Below, one piece after another: positions 54,942-64,000 of a stretch of 64,000 nt of DNA. The DNA is taken from assembly GCA_964549615.1 (NCBI GenBank), contig CAZJVP010000081.1, positions 22,892 to 86,891 on the forward strand, given 5' to 3'. The position numbers were made by a program, and so were the translations under genes. The notes beneath the pieces were generated by a model. The model was not told the DNA's origin. It did not search any database and worked only from the letters and a program-made list of their open reading frames with translations. Source of the stretch: an uncultured Thermococci archaeon (GTDB lineage Archaea; CAYQAE01; CAYVLA01). How positions within the stretch are numbered: position 1 is the stretch's first letter; each line of letters starts with the position of its first letter.

Positions 54942-57350
54942 ATGAAGCAAGGACTTTTGGCAGCTTGCACGACGATCATCTCCGTCCTCGCTCTCATACC
55001 CCCCACGACCTTCGCGGTGGATGGCTGGAAGGATTTGGAACTGGAGGGCGACCAGCTTTTTGCTGCGGGCCAGTTCGCCCAGGCTGCGGAGAAGTACAAC
55101 CTGTCAAGCGAACTCGCTCTGCAGGCTGGCGAGGACCTCGCTGCATCGGCCATCTTGGCAAAGTTGGGACGCTGCTTTGCGCAAGAGAGGCTGAACAACG
55201 CAGACCTCTTTGTGAGATACATCATGCAAGCCTCCGACCTCACATTTGCATTGGGCCAGAGAAAGGATAACCTGACGGAGCGAGCCAAGCTATACCTAGA
55301 CTCCGCCTCGTATGCCGCGGAGGCCGGGCTGGGCTCGCGGGCACGTGCCCTAATCAACCTATCCGCGTTCGCGTACCTTGAGGCTGCCGAGGGTCTGGAC
55401 TTCGCTCGGGGCTCGGGTTACATCCGTAGGGCAGCTTACCTGTTTCACTTCAACAACCTTTCCGAGCACGATGCGCGCGCGCTCGACCCCTATCGAAACC
55501 TTTTGCTTGAGGAGATCGCCCGGTCCACATCGGAGGCCCGGCAGATGTATCTGATGGGGCTTTGGGAGGAGGCTGGAAGGAGATTCTACGAAGCGGCACT
55601 TAGATCATATGAGATCCAGGGACCGGCAACCTCAGACCTCTTTGGCATGGCAGCCGAAGCCCTATCCAAAGCCGCATGGTCAATGGAGATGGACGAGAGA
55701 ACAGGCCCCGCCAATCTTTCTCGAAGGGCACACCTCTATCGCCTCGCAGCCATCTCGGCGGAATTCAACTCGACGGAGAGCGCTGAGCTCTTCCAAAGAG
55801 CTGGCGAGGACTTTTTCCAAGCGGCGACGAAGCTCCTTGAGTCCAAGAACCTGTCCGATGCGATCAGCAATTTCACCCAGGCAGCGATCATGTACGAGAA
55901 GTCCGGCATAGCGGAGTTATCCAAGGGGATGTATGTCCAAGCCGCAAGAACGGCCCAGGAACTCGCCTCATCCGGCCCGCTGAGGAGTTACAACCTGCAA
56001 CTCGAGGCAGGGATGGCGTACGACTCCGCCGGCCTCTACAGGGAGGCGGCCCAGGCGTACTACAATAGCCTTCAGGATTTCGGCAAGTCGATAGGCCTCA
56101 CCTCGTACATGTGGCCTTGGCAGCAGTTCGAACTCCTCCAGATCCTTGGCAGGGGCCGAAGGTTCGCAGACGCCAGGACCTTCTCAGCATACACGCTCAA
56201 GCCCATCGCATTTTTTGCCGCACCCACCCTTGGTGCGTACGATATCGTTGGGCAGCTCGGGCCGGCGATCGCCTATGACGCCAGAACGAGGTTTGCCTAC
56301 GATCCCTTCATCACCGAGACGCTGCTCGTAGCGGCCTCCGCCTTGCTGAACGGTCAGCCTTTCATTGCAAGGTCCTTGACGGAGGAATGCTCCGGCATGC
56401 TCGCTTTGAATCCCCCTCTCAAGGCACTCTACGACTTCATCTTGGCCGTGATCGATGCGCAGCAGGAAGGCCGAGCGGCTTGGGACCGAAGGGTTGCCCT
56501 GACCTACGACGCGCTGCGGCTTGTATACCTGGACGATCTCGCCTATGCGTTTGCCACTTCCCTTGCCGATTCTCTGTCAGGCGTGCTCGCGGGCGAGCTC
56601 ACATCGCAGCTCTTCATCCAGCACTGTCGGCGAGTTGTCTCCGTTGCACTAGAGGACCTGCGCCAGGCGGCTGAGTACAACCGCAGCATCGATGACTGCC
56701 TCAGCGAGGCGCAGAGGCTGAGCACCGAGATGGCGGGATCCAAGGTCCGGGATCCCGGGGAACATCTCAGGGCCCTTGCCCTCTGGCAGACCGTTGCCAG
56801 GCGCTGGTCATTCCAGGGCAAGCTTAACGAGTCCGGATTCTACTACGAGCAGGCTTGTTACCATGCCTGTGCGGGCGAGGACTTCCAGAAAAGCATCCTC
56901 TGCCACGACCTTTCGTGGGGATGCCTCGGTTTCCGCACCCCGATGACCGCTGCGGCCTACGCGATCGCCAGTGCCATGCTGGATGCAAACCAGACGCTGA
57001 AAGCGCAGGCGAAGTCATTCATATTGGGCAATCTGTCGGGCTATATCCCGAGCCATCAGGTTTCGGTCCTATTGTCGGTGTTGGAGGAACGAACCCAGCT
57101 TCAGGCGGGCGCGGCCTTGCTGAAGGCGGTGGCCATGGGGCTCATCGGTGGATTCGTGCTTCTGACCTCCTACGTGCTGCTGATCTGGGAGCAGAAGCGC
57201 CCCAGAAAACCATCTGCTCCAAGCCAAGAACCGCCCCATGAGGATGAGGAGACCGGACGGCAGGTCGGGGAAGAGGCGTCTTGCGACGCTGACCCGCTTT
57301 CCGGCGCAGGCGAAAGTTCTGGAGAGCCAAAAAACGGAGAAAGTAGTTAG
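54942..57350 (+). CDS. Secreted TPR/SNAP-like alpha-solenoid protein with a C-terminal TM anchor
   Basis: Signal peptide; repeated A...(Y/F)..AA helices; TM near residues 730-750; acidic tail. Confidence 0.65.
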   Translation: MKQGLLAACTTIISVLALIPPTTFAVDGWKDLELEGDQLFAAGQFAQAAEKYNLSSELALQAGEDLAASAILAKLGRCFAQERLNNADLFVRYIMQASDLTFALGQRKDNLTERAKLYLDSASYAAEAGLGSRARALINLSAFAYLEAAEGLDFARGSGYIRRAAYLFHFNNLSEHDARALDPYRNLLLEEIARSTSEARQMYLMGLWEEAGRRFYEAALRSYEIQGPATSDLFGMAAEALSKAAWSMEMDERTGPANLSRRAHLYRLAAISAEFNSTESAELFQRAGEDFFQAATKLLESKNLSDAISNFTQAAIMYEKSGIAELSKGMYVQAARTAQELASSGPLRSYNLQLEAGMAYDSAGLYREAAQAYYNSLQDFGKSIGLTSYMWPWQQFELLQILGRGRRFADARTFSAYTLKPIAFFAAPTLGAYDIVGQLGPAIAYDARTRFAYDPFITETLLVAASALLNGQPFIARSLTEECSGMLALNPPLKALYDFILAVIDAQQEGRAAWDRRVALTYDALRLVYLDDLAYAFATSLADSLSGVLAGELTSQLFIQHCRRVVSVALEDLRQAAEYNRSIDDCLSEAQRLSTEMAGSKVRDPGEHLRALALWQTVARRWSFQGKLNESGFYYEQACYHACAGEDFQKSILCHDLSWGCLGFRTPMTAAAYAIASAMLDANQTLKAQAKSFILGNLSGYIPSHQVSVLLSVLEERTQLQAGAALLKAVAMGLIGGFVLLTSYVLLIWEQKRPRKPSAPSQEPPHEDEETGRQVGEEASCDADPLSGAGESSGEPKNGESS

Positions 57351-57658
57351 GGGTACTTCCCGGCCGCGATCTTCTTGCTGTCTTCCTCGTTGAACGTTAT
57401 CAGCACGGGCCTGTCAATGATCTTGGTCTTGAAGTGCCACTCGTAGCCCTGGCTGATGCAGAGTTTCCTAGGTTGCTCGATGATCTTGCCCTTTAGCTTC
57501 TCGGGCAGCTTGTACACGATCTCGTTGTTCTTCTTCCTGTAACCGACCAACTTGATCCTTCGAATGAAATCCTTCCACTCGAGTCCGTCTTCGTCCCTGT
57601 GAACCTCGGCCCTCGGGGCTTCCTTGATCGAAACTAGCTCGCCGACGTACCGCGTCAT
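57347..57658 (-). CDS. Hypothetical protein
   Basis: GAGGGAGG ribosome-binding site, TATA-like TATTTATT upstream, coding-like composition. Confidence 0.65.
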   Translation of the reverse strand: MTRYVGELVSIKEAPRAEVHRDEDGLEWKDFIRRIKLVGYRKKNNEIVYKLPEKLKGKIIEQPRKLCISQGYEWHFKTKIIDRPVLITFNEEDSKKIAAGKYP

Positions 57659-57996
57659 GCTCCTCCCTCGGATCAAGCGCCCGGAATGCTTCTAATAAAT
57701 ATTTTTGGATCTAATTCTGCACATTTGAGTGGGTAGCCATGATGAAGGTACCCTTTCGACCCTGGTGACTCCCTCTTCCTTGCCTACCTTTTTCTCCCCC
57801 AAGGGAGAAAGGGGGACAGAATCAACCCTAATACGAATAGCCCAACCATGATGGTCCAACGATCAAGCGAATCTAGGCACAAAAAAGCGACCGATGGCGA
57901 GCCCAGATGCCCTCCCGCTCACCATGCAACGAGCTGACATAGTAAACAGTTTTATCGGCTGCTCTTGGTCCCAAGCCAGGGAAGGAGTCGTCCCCC

Positions 57997-58773
57997 TTGG
58001 AGAAGGGAAGCATCGTAAAGATCAACTACGTGGAAAGGATCAAGACAACCGGCAAGGTCACCGATACCAATATCGAGTCAATGGCCAAAGAGGCGGGAAT
58101 CCTCGACTCGGAAAATCCGTCCCGATACAGGCCGACGCCGACGGTCGTAGGTTCAGGGAAACCCATCAAGGGGGTGGATGAGGCCCTGCTCGGAATGCAG
58201 GTTGGGGAGAGGAAGAGGTTCGAAGTCCCCCCGGAGAAAGCCTATGGCCCGAGGAACCCCAAGCTGATGGACCACGTCCCGATGTCCTCCTTCCTCAAGG
58301 AGGGCATCAGGCCGGTGCGTGGGCTGCCCGTGAGAACCCGCAGGGGGCTCGCGATCGTTCGCAGCACGACGGGCGGGAGGGTCTTGCTTGATTTCAACCA
58401 TCCCTTGGCGGGCCAGACCCTTGACTACGAGGTCGAGGTGGCAGGGGTTGCCAAGGACCTTGAAACCAAGGTGAGGTGGCTCATCGAAACGAGGCTTCCG
58501 GGCATAGACTCCGAGTCCCACCTGATAGAGATCTCCGGCAACAAGGCCGTCGTGGAGCTGAACAGCCAGGGGCTGTCCAAGCCGGTCCTGGAGCGGCTCC
58601 AATCCGTCATCAGGAACGAGATTCTGGCGAACATCCCCGAGATATCCGAGGTTGCCTTCGGACCCGTGGAGGTTCCCGCCACAGCCACCGCAGCCGAGGA
58701 GTCGGGGGCAGAGGCCGGCAGCACGCCCGGGCCTGCTGAAGCGCATCCCGAGGCCAAACAAGCCGGCGGCTAG
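57997..58773 (+). CDS. Long-type FKBP peptidyl-prolyl isomerase (SlyD-like)
   Basis: G.DEAL.GM.VGE, PEKAYG.R, DFNHPLAG. Confidence 0.92.
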   Translation: MEKGSIVKINYVERIKTTGKVTDTNIESMAKEAGILDSENPSRYRPTPTVVGSGKPIKGVDEALLGMQVGERKRFEVPPEKAYGPRNPKLMDHVPMSSFLKEGIRPVRGLPVRTRRGLAIVRSTTGGRVLLDFNHPLAGQTLDYEVEVAGVAKDLETKVRWLIETRLPGIDSESHLIEISGNKAVVELNSQGLSKPVLERLQSVIRNEILANIPEISEVAFGPVEVPATATAAEESGAEAGSTPGPAEAHPEAKQAGG

Positions 58774-59222
58774 CTCGACCCTCTTCCCTTGAGGCGCACC
58801 GAGACGAGGGTTAGCTTCGTGCCAAGTTCGCAGTTCACATTGGCGTTCAGGACCTTCAAGACCTCGCACCTATCGCCGTCCCTCAGCCCGTCGGGAAAAC
58901 AGAGGTCGCTCCTCTCGCAGAGCGTCCTCGTGCAATCGGGTCGCATGAAGGCTATGGTCGCACCCTCGATGGCCTGCTGGCTTGGCAGAAGGAGCTGGAT
59001 CTCGGCTGGCTCGACCTCCACGAGCATAACGCCTTCGTCGTGAATCCGGCATTTCTCGTGGGGCTTGTTCATGGAGCTCTTCACGACGTACCTCCTGCCA
59101 ACCTCGAGGTTATCGCACACCTTCCTTAGCTTGCAGCCCATGCATTCCCTAGAGTTGCTCACACCGTAGTGGATGAACTCCTGGCCGGGTTTGGCAAGCC
59201 TCTTCCCTATCAGAGTAATCAT
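58770..59222 (-). CDS. UPF0179 family protein
   Basis: ITLIG..LA..G.EF, C..C.L...C..LE.GR.Y, C..H. Confidence 0.85.
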   Translation of the reverse strand: MITLIGKRLAKPGQEFIHYGVSNSRECMGCKLRKVCDNLEVGRRYVVKSSMNKPHEKCRIHDEGVMLVEVEPAEIQLLLPSQQAIEGATIAFMRPDCTRTLCERSDLCFPDGLRDGDRCEVLKVLNANVNCELGTKLTLVSVRLKGRGSS

Positions 59223-60250
59223 ATCACACCAGTCCTCTCCGCGATCCTGCGCGCCGCCGGTTCGCTCAGGCCGGTCTCCCCGAGGATCGTATACCTATGC
59301 GGCCTCACGAGATGGGCGCGGGTCATGGCCTGGATTATCGCGGCCTTCTCGATGCCCAGCTCCGTGGCCGTCACAGGGGCACCTATCCGGATCAGGAAAT
59401 TCCTGATGTCCTGCCAATTTCCCCCGTGAAGATACATCATCATTATCGTCCCCACTCCCACCTGCTCGCCGTGCAGCGCCACGCCCGGACATATGGCGTC
59501 CAGGGCATGGCTGAATAGGTGTTCAGAACCCGAGGCCGGCCTGCTTGAGCCGGCGATGCTCATCGCAACTCCGCTTCCAATCAGGGCTTTCGCGACCAAA
59601 CGGACGCCCTCCTCGCCAGCCGCCCTTATCAGGTCTGCCGAGTCCATCACCATGGTCGCGCTCATCAGGGACAGCGCGCAGGCATATTCGCTCTTGTCCT
59701 CCTTGCCAAGGCGGTAAGCGAGATCCCAATCCATGACCGCGGTGCGCTTGGCGACGGTGTCCCCACACCCCGAGGCTAGGAATCTATATGGAGCGCTCGA
59801 GAGCACCCTCGTGTCCATGATTATGGCAATGGGAGCCACGGCGTCTACGGACGCGACCCCTCCGGAGTTGGCGACCGAGACCCTTGAAGAAGCAATTCCG
59901 TCGTGGGACAGGATCGTGGGAACGCTGATGAACTCGCAGTTCGACTTGTAGGCCACGAGCTTCGCGGCGTCGATAACCTTGCCTCCGCCCACCGCTACAA
60001 GGTAGTTGAACGGCGCGCGCTCCATACCAGCCATCAACTCTTTGGTTGCCTCACTCTTCCCCCCTGCGATCGAGATGAGGTCCGCGTCGTTGCTTGACGA
60101 GAGGGCGTTGAAGACCTGCCTGCCGTATCTTAGGGTTTCCTTCGGCCCCGTAACGACCAGGAATCTGCCCCGAATGCGCATCGAGTCGAGTATTGCGGAG
60201 ATCCTTCGCAAGGTACCCGAGCCTATGTCAACGTATCGGGGCAGCTGCAT
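59219..60250 (-). CDS. egsA: sn-glycerol-1-phosphate dehydrogenase
   Basis: GGGKVID.AK, SHDGIAS, SSRPASGSEH.FSHALD, HGEQ.G.GT, RYTIL. Confidence 0.95.
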   Translation of the reverse strand: MQLPRYVDIGSGTLRRISAILDSMRIRGRFLVVTGPKETLRYGRQVFNALSSSNDADLISIAGGKSEATKELMAGMERAPFNYLVAVGGGKVIDAAKLVAYKSNCEFISVPTILSHDGIASSRVSVANSGGVASVDAVAPIAIIMDTRVLSSAPYRFLASGCGDTVAKRTAVMDWDLAYRLGKEDKSEYACALSLMSATMVMDSADLIRAAGEEGVRLVAKALIGSGVAMSIAGSSRPASGSEHLFSHALDAICPGVALHGEQVGVGTIMMMYLHGGNWQDIRNFLIRIGAPVTATELGIEKAAIIQAMTRAHLVRPHRYTILGETGLSEPAARRIAERTGVI

Positions 60251-60384
60251 CCGCTTTGGGCGCTTCAACACATCACATCTTGGAGCAGCATTGACTGCGG
60301 CGGTCGTACGAAGATCGACCGTTTTCGCCGAGCCGCAGGTCACCGAAGCATTTATGGCACGTATCACCCTCCCCTTATAAATAT

Positions 60385-61203
60385 ATGAACTCCTTGGCCG
60401 ATCTGATACGCAAGTACTTCATCTCCCCAATCTGGAAACGCACCGGCTACAACTGGGTCAATACGATCGTCTACGGGGTCATACTGGGCATCGCGGCCGT
60501 AGTCGTGTACAGGTCGGTCAGGAAAACCGGTTACCGTTTTGGCCTCGATCTATTCGTGACATTCGCCCCATACTTGGTTTTCGCAACGGCAGTCAGGGCT
60601 CTGGTGGACGCGGGCAAGTATCCCTACACTTACCTTCTGGTTTCTCCCGGGATATACTTCATGACCATGGGGATCTTCGCCGCCGCCATCCTGAGCGGCT
60701 TGCTGATCAGACGACTTTCGGGCACGAAGGTCAGCCTGACCGTCTTCGTCATAGGGATCATACTGGGCGGCTGGCAGCTTGCCCTCGTGCTGGGAATGGT
60801 TAGGAGACCCCTAGCTGGCCTGTTGATCGCCGTCCTCGGCGGTGCAGCATGCGCCGCGGTTCTCCTAGTGCGCAGGCTATGGCCAGACCGCTTGGCGATT
60901 CTGCAAACCAGGGAAAACGTGCTCGTAATCTGTTGCCATCTCGTGGATGCGACAGTGACCTTCATTGGGATCGATCTGTACGGGTACGCGGAGCAGCACA
61001 TCCTTCCACGTACACTCATCGACGTGACTGGCACCGCCTCGGTGATGTACCTTCTGAAGCTCATCGCCTTGCCGATCGTTCTCTATCTGCTCGATCGGTA
61101 CGTGGAGGACGCTGAGATGAACATCTTCATCAAGATGATCGTCATGGTTCTCGGCCTCGCCCCGGCCACGCGGAACTATCTCAGGATAATCATCGCATCC
61201 TAG
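60385..61203 (+). CDS. DUF63 family polytopic membrane protein
   Basis: GYN.VNT..Y, R.L.DAG, PGIY, H..DA..T..G, Y.EQH, LGLAP..R. Confidence 0.85.
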   Translation: MNSLADLIRKYFISPIWKRTGYNWVNTIVYGVILGIAAVVVYRSVRKTGYRFGLDLFVTFAPYLVFATAVRALVDAGKYPYTYLLVSPGIYFMTMGIFAAAILSGLLIRRLSGTKVSLTVFVIGIILGGWQLALVLGMVRRPLAGLLIAVLGGAACAAVLLVRRLWPDRLAILQTRENVLVICCHLVDATVTFIGIDLYGYAEQHILPRTLIDVTGTASVMYLLKLIALPIVLYLLDRYVEDAEMNIFIKMIVMVLGLAPATRNYLRIIIAS

Positions 61204-61284
61204 TCAGAATGCGAGCGGAAACGAAGGCCCATGATCGCTGCGGGGCCGACTTTGCTACGCCCCCATGCCTCGCGAAGTCGTCGA

Positions 61285-61322
61285 GAAAACCTTTATTAAG
61301 ATGCGAGCACGGGTACTCGTGC
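61285..61322 (+). promoter_or_regulatory. BRE/TATA (GAAAACCTTTATTAAG) followed by palindrome GCACGGGTACTCGTGC
   Basis: Consensus-like archaeal promoter about 230 nt upstream of aCPSF1. Confidence 0.6.
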
Positions 61323-61527
61323 CTAATGCCTATCGTGGGTGCGCCGAGGCTCGGCGGACCCGGGTGAACGGGATTCTCCGCTGTTCATGTCTGTAAGCGA
61401 GGGCATCTTTGCTTGGTTTCAGCTTGCTTTTGGAAGAAGGGGTCATCTTCCTCCGTAGCAGGGCAGGGGCCTTAGAGAACATTGGAGCACACGGTACCAG
61501 ATTCCCAAAGGGGGTCGACGTGAACTC

Positions 61528-63435
61528 ATGGCAAACGACGAACTAAAGCAAGTGAGGAAGGAGATAGCAGATTTTCTCCCGGACAGTTCGTGGGTCTCCG
61601 AGGTCGAGTTCGAAGGGCCGGTCCTCGTCATCTACTCAACCAAACCCGAGATGCTGGTTGACAACGGGGATCTCGTCCGGGAGCTCGCGAAACGCGTCAG
61701 AAAGAGGATCGTCATAAGGGCGGATCAGTCGGTTCTCACCGATGAGAAGGAAGCGGAGGAGGCCATAAGGCGCATAGTGCCTCAAAGCGCCGGAATAACC
61801 AGGGTGATCTTTGACCGAGATGCGGGCGAGGTCATGATCGATGCCGAGAAACTGGGGCTGGTCATCGGGAAGGCCGGGTCCACGCTCCGGGAGATTACCG
61901 CCGTCACCCACTGGACCCCGACCGTGACGAGGACGCCGCCGATAAAAAGCGAGATCATGGAGGACATCCGCAACACCCTGCACAGCGAGAGCAAAGAGAG
62001 AAAGAAGATGCTGCGCAAGATCGGGCGGCGGATCTACCGGGGCCCTGCAAGCAAGACGGACTGGGTCAGACTGACCGTTCTCGGAGCTGGTCGTGAGGTC
62101 GGACGGTCGTGTCTATTGTTAAGCACCCCCGAGAGCCGCGTGCTCCTGGACTGCGGGATAAATGTTGCCTACCAGGAAAACCACAGGGCCTACCCGTATC
62201 TCAACATGCCTGAGTTTCAGATAGACAAACTTGACGCCGTGATAGTATCGCATGCACACCTGGACCACAGCGGTTTCGTGCCCTACCTCTACAAGTACGG
62301 CTACGAGGGGCCGACCTATTGCACGCCGCCAACCCGGGACCTGATGACCCTGCTTCAACTCGACTACCTTGACATAGCCGAGAAGGACAATAAGGCCGCA
62401 CCGTACACGAAGAACGACATAAAGCAGACGATCAAGCACACGATACCCCTTGCATACGGGGATGTGCGTGACATATCGCCCGACATGCGTCTCACCCTCC
62501 ACAACGCCGGGCACATCCTCGGGTCGGCTAGCGCTCACCTCCACATAGGAGACGGCCTCTACAACATAGCATACACCTCGGACTTCAAGTTTGACAGAAC
62601 CCGGCTTCTGCCGTCGGCTGGTTCCAAGTTCCCGAGGTTGGAGGGCCTAATAATCGAGTCGACCTACGGCGGCTCGGACGACATACAGCAGTCAAGGATC
62701 GATGCCGAGAGGAAGCTCATAAGCGTCGTCAACGAGACCACGAGGCAAGGGGGCAAGGTACTGGTCCCCGTGCTGAGCGTGGGAAGAGCCCAGGAGCTGA
62801 TGGTGCTCATCGAGGAGAAGATGCGCCAGAGGATAATGGACCAGGTCCCCGTTTTCCTCCATGGCATGATCTGGGCGGCAACGGCCATACACACGGCATA
62901 CCCCGAATACATGTGCAAGGAGCTGAGAAACAGGATACTCCACAATGACGAGAACCCGTTCCTGTCGGACATCTTCCGCAATGTGTCCCACGGGGAGCTC
63001 GATAGCGTTGCCCAGGGGGACCCATCCGTCATACTCGCGACCTCCGGGATGATGGTTGGCGGCCCCGTGACGGAGTACTTCAAACAGCTGGCCCCGGACC
63101 CGAGAAACGCCCTCGTGTTCGTGAGCTACCAGGCCGAGGGCTCGCTCGGGCGCAGAATCCAGATGGGCCTGAGGGAGGTCGCTCTGACGGACGAGAACGA
63201 CAAGCTCAACGTCGTGAAGGTGAACATGAAGGTGATCAGCATAGAGGGCTTTAGCGGTCACTCCGACAGGGGCCAACTGCTCCGCTACATAAGGAAGGCA
63301 TCGCCGAGGCCCCAGAGAATAGTCGTCCAACACGGGGACTACGACAAGTGCGAGAACTTCTCCAACTCCGTCTCGCGAATGCTGAGGATAGACGCGGTGG
63401 CGCCGAGGAACCTCGAGACGGTCAGGTTCATGTAG
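61528..63435 (+). CDS. fttA: Beta-CASP ribonuclease aCPSF1 / transcription termination factor FttA
   Basis: Two KH domains (EFEGP, GLVIGK.G), EVGRS, SHAHLDHSG, AGHILGS, ESTYG, GFSGHSD. Confidence 0.96.
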   Translation: MANDELKQVRKEIADFLPDSSWVSEVEFEGPVLVIYSTKPEMLVDNGDLVRELAKRVRKRIVIRADQSVLTDEKEAEEAIRRIVPQSAGITRVIFDRDAGEVMIDAEKLGLVIGKAGSTLREITAVTHWTPTVTRTPPIKSEIMEDIRNTLHSESKERKKMLRKIGRRIYRGPASKTDWVRLTVLGAGREVGRSCLLLSTPESRVLLDCGINVAYQENHRAYPYLNMPEFQIDKLDAVIVSHAHLDHSGFVPYLYKYGYEGPTYCTPPTRDLMTLLQLDYLDIAEKDNKAAPYTKNDIKQTIKHTIPLAYGDVRDISPDMRLTLHNAGHILGSASAHLHIGDGLYNIAYTSDFKFDRTRLLPSAGSKFPRLEGLIIESTYGGSDDIQQSRIDAERKLISVVNETTRQGGKVLVPVLSVGRAQELMVLIEEKMRQRIMDQVPVFLHGMIWAATAIHTAYPEYMCKELRNRILHNDENPFLSDIFRNVSHGELDSVAQGDPSVILATSGMMVGGPVTEYFKQLAPDPRNALVFVSYQAEGSLGRRIQMGLREVALTDENDKLNVVKVNMKVISIEGFSGHSDRGQLLRYIRKASPRPQRIVVQHGDYDKCENFSNSVSRMLRIDAVAPRNLETVRFM

Positions 63436-63772
63436 AGGAAGAGGCGCCTTCGCCCGCGGACTTCACGATCTTGACGAAGTTCGGGACCACCAAGACGATA
63501 TCCTCAGAGACTGCCGCCATATCGCCCTTCAGGCCGGTACAAATGCCCTTCAGCTGATCGACGAGCCCTCTAGCGACCTCCGGATCCTCCGATTGCAGCG
63601 CCGAGATGTTGACGAGCAGTATGTTCCCCTCCTTGAGCTTCTCGGAGATCTGATTGAGGTCGTCTCCCGATGAGAGCTTCACCGGCTGCACGAGGATCTG
63701 CTGGTAGCGTGCGAATGACTCCTCGGTTAGCAGATCCTCATTGAACTCGACAATCTCCACGTCATCACGCAT
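63428..63772 (-). CDS. sepF: Cell division protein SepF
   Basis: LKEGNILLVNI...LK......GD......VLVVP..VKI. Confidence 0.8.
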   Translation of the reverse strand: MRDDVEIVEFNEDLLTEESFARYQQILVQPVKLSSGDDLNQISEKLKEGNILLVNISALQSEDPEVARGLVDQLKGICTGLKGDMAAVSEDIVLVVPNFVKIVKSAGEGASSST

Positions 63773-63916
63773 TTGGATCCTCTCCGCCTAATTTTCAATC
63801 GACCTAATCTGGACTCGGGTCGGCCGAGCCACAAAACCGGGAATAAGCTTAAATATGTGACGGTGGGAAGTGGGGGCCCGCGCTCGTTGTCGGTCTCCAA
63901 CCGGACCAGGCGACGC

Positions 63917-64000
63917 CTAGTAGGCCCCGATATCCGCTTTCATGAATTCCCTCATGACGGCGGTGGCATAGCTTCCCTTCGGCAACCAAAAGGACAAGCA
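63917..64000 (-). CDS. truD: tRNA pseudouridine synthase TruD, C-terminal fragment (cut by window edge)
   Basis: Manual translation CLSFWLPKGSYATAVMREFMKADIGAY*. Confidence 0.8.
   Translation of the reverse strand, partial: CLSFWLPKGSYATAVMREFMKADIGAY

Noticed and set aside
57739-57790. Box C/D sRNA (ATGATGA box C)
   Set aside because: No properly spaced CTGA box D found.

Overview
GC-rich archaeal chromosomal segment. The mix of rpl14e/rpl34e, EgsA, aCPSF1, SepF and a two-intron tRNA suggests a TACK/Thermoproteota-type lineage with FtsZ-based division (inference). Positions 1-23.6 kb are accessory or metabolic: glycoside hydrolases, two paralogous membrane-anchored proteins, an acyl-CoA/acetate locus, GMP synthase B, small regulators and PolX. 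Positions 23.8-32.6 kb hold the best candidate novel system, a tightly coupled three-gene operon: a McrB-type AAA+ GTPase whose N-terminus is a ~14-16-helix membrane domain, a 15-FN3-repeat surface protein, and a McrC-like protein lacking a recognisable nuclease motif. Positions 18.7-21.8 kb carry five related GATAC-N2-GTATC palindromes, two of which bracket an RHH/Zn-ribbon gene like attL/attR sites. A tRNA-Ser(GGA) with two introns overlaps the 3' end of a methyltransferase CDS. Positions 33.5-50.1 kb are the S10-spc ribosomal superoperon (minus strand), and 50.3-64 kb are mostly housekeeping genes. All calls come from reading motifs by eye; no searches were run, and several start codons were adjusted from the ORF track.
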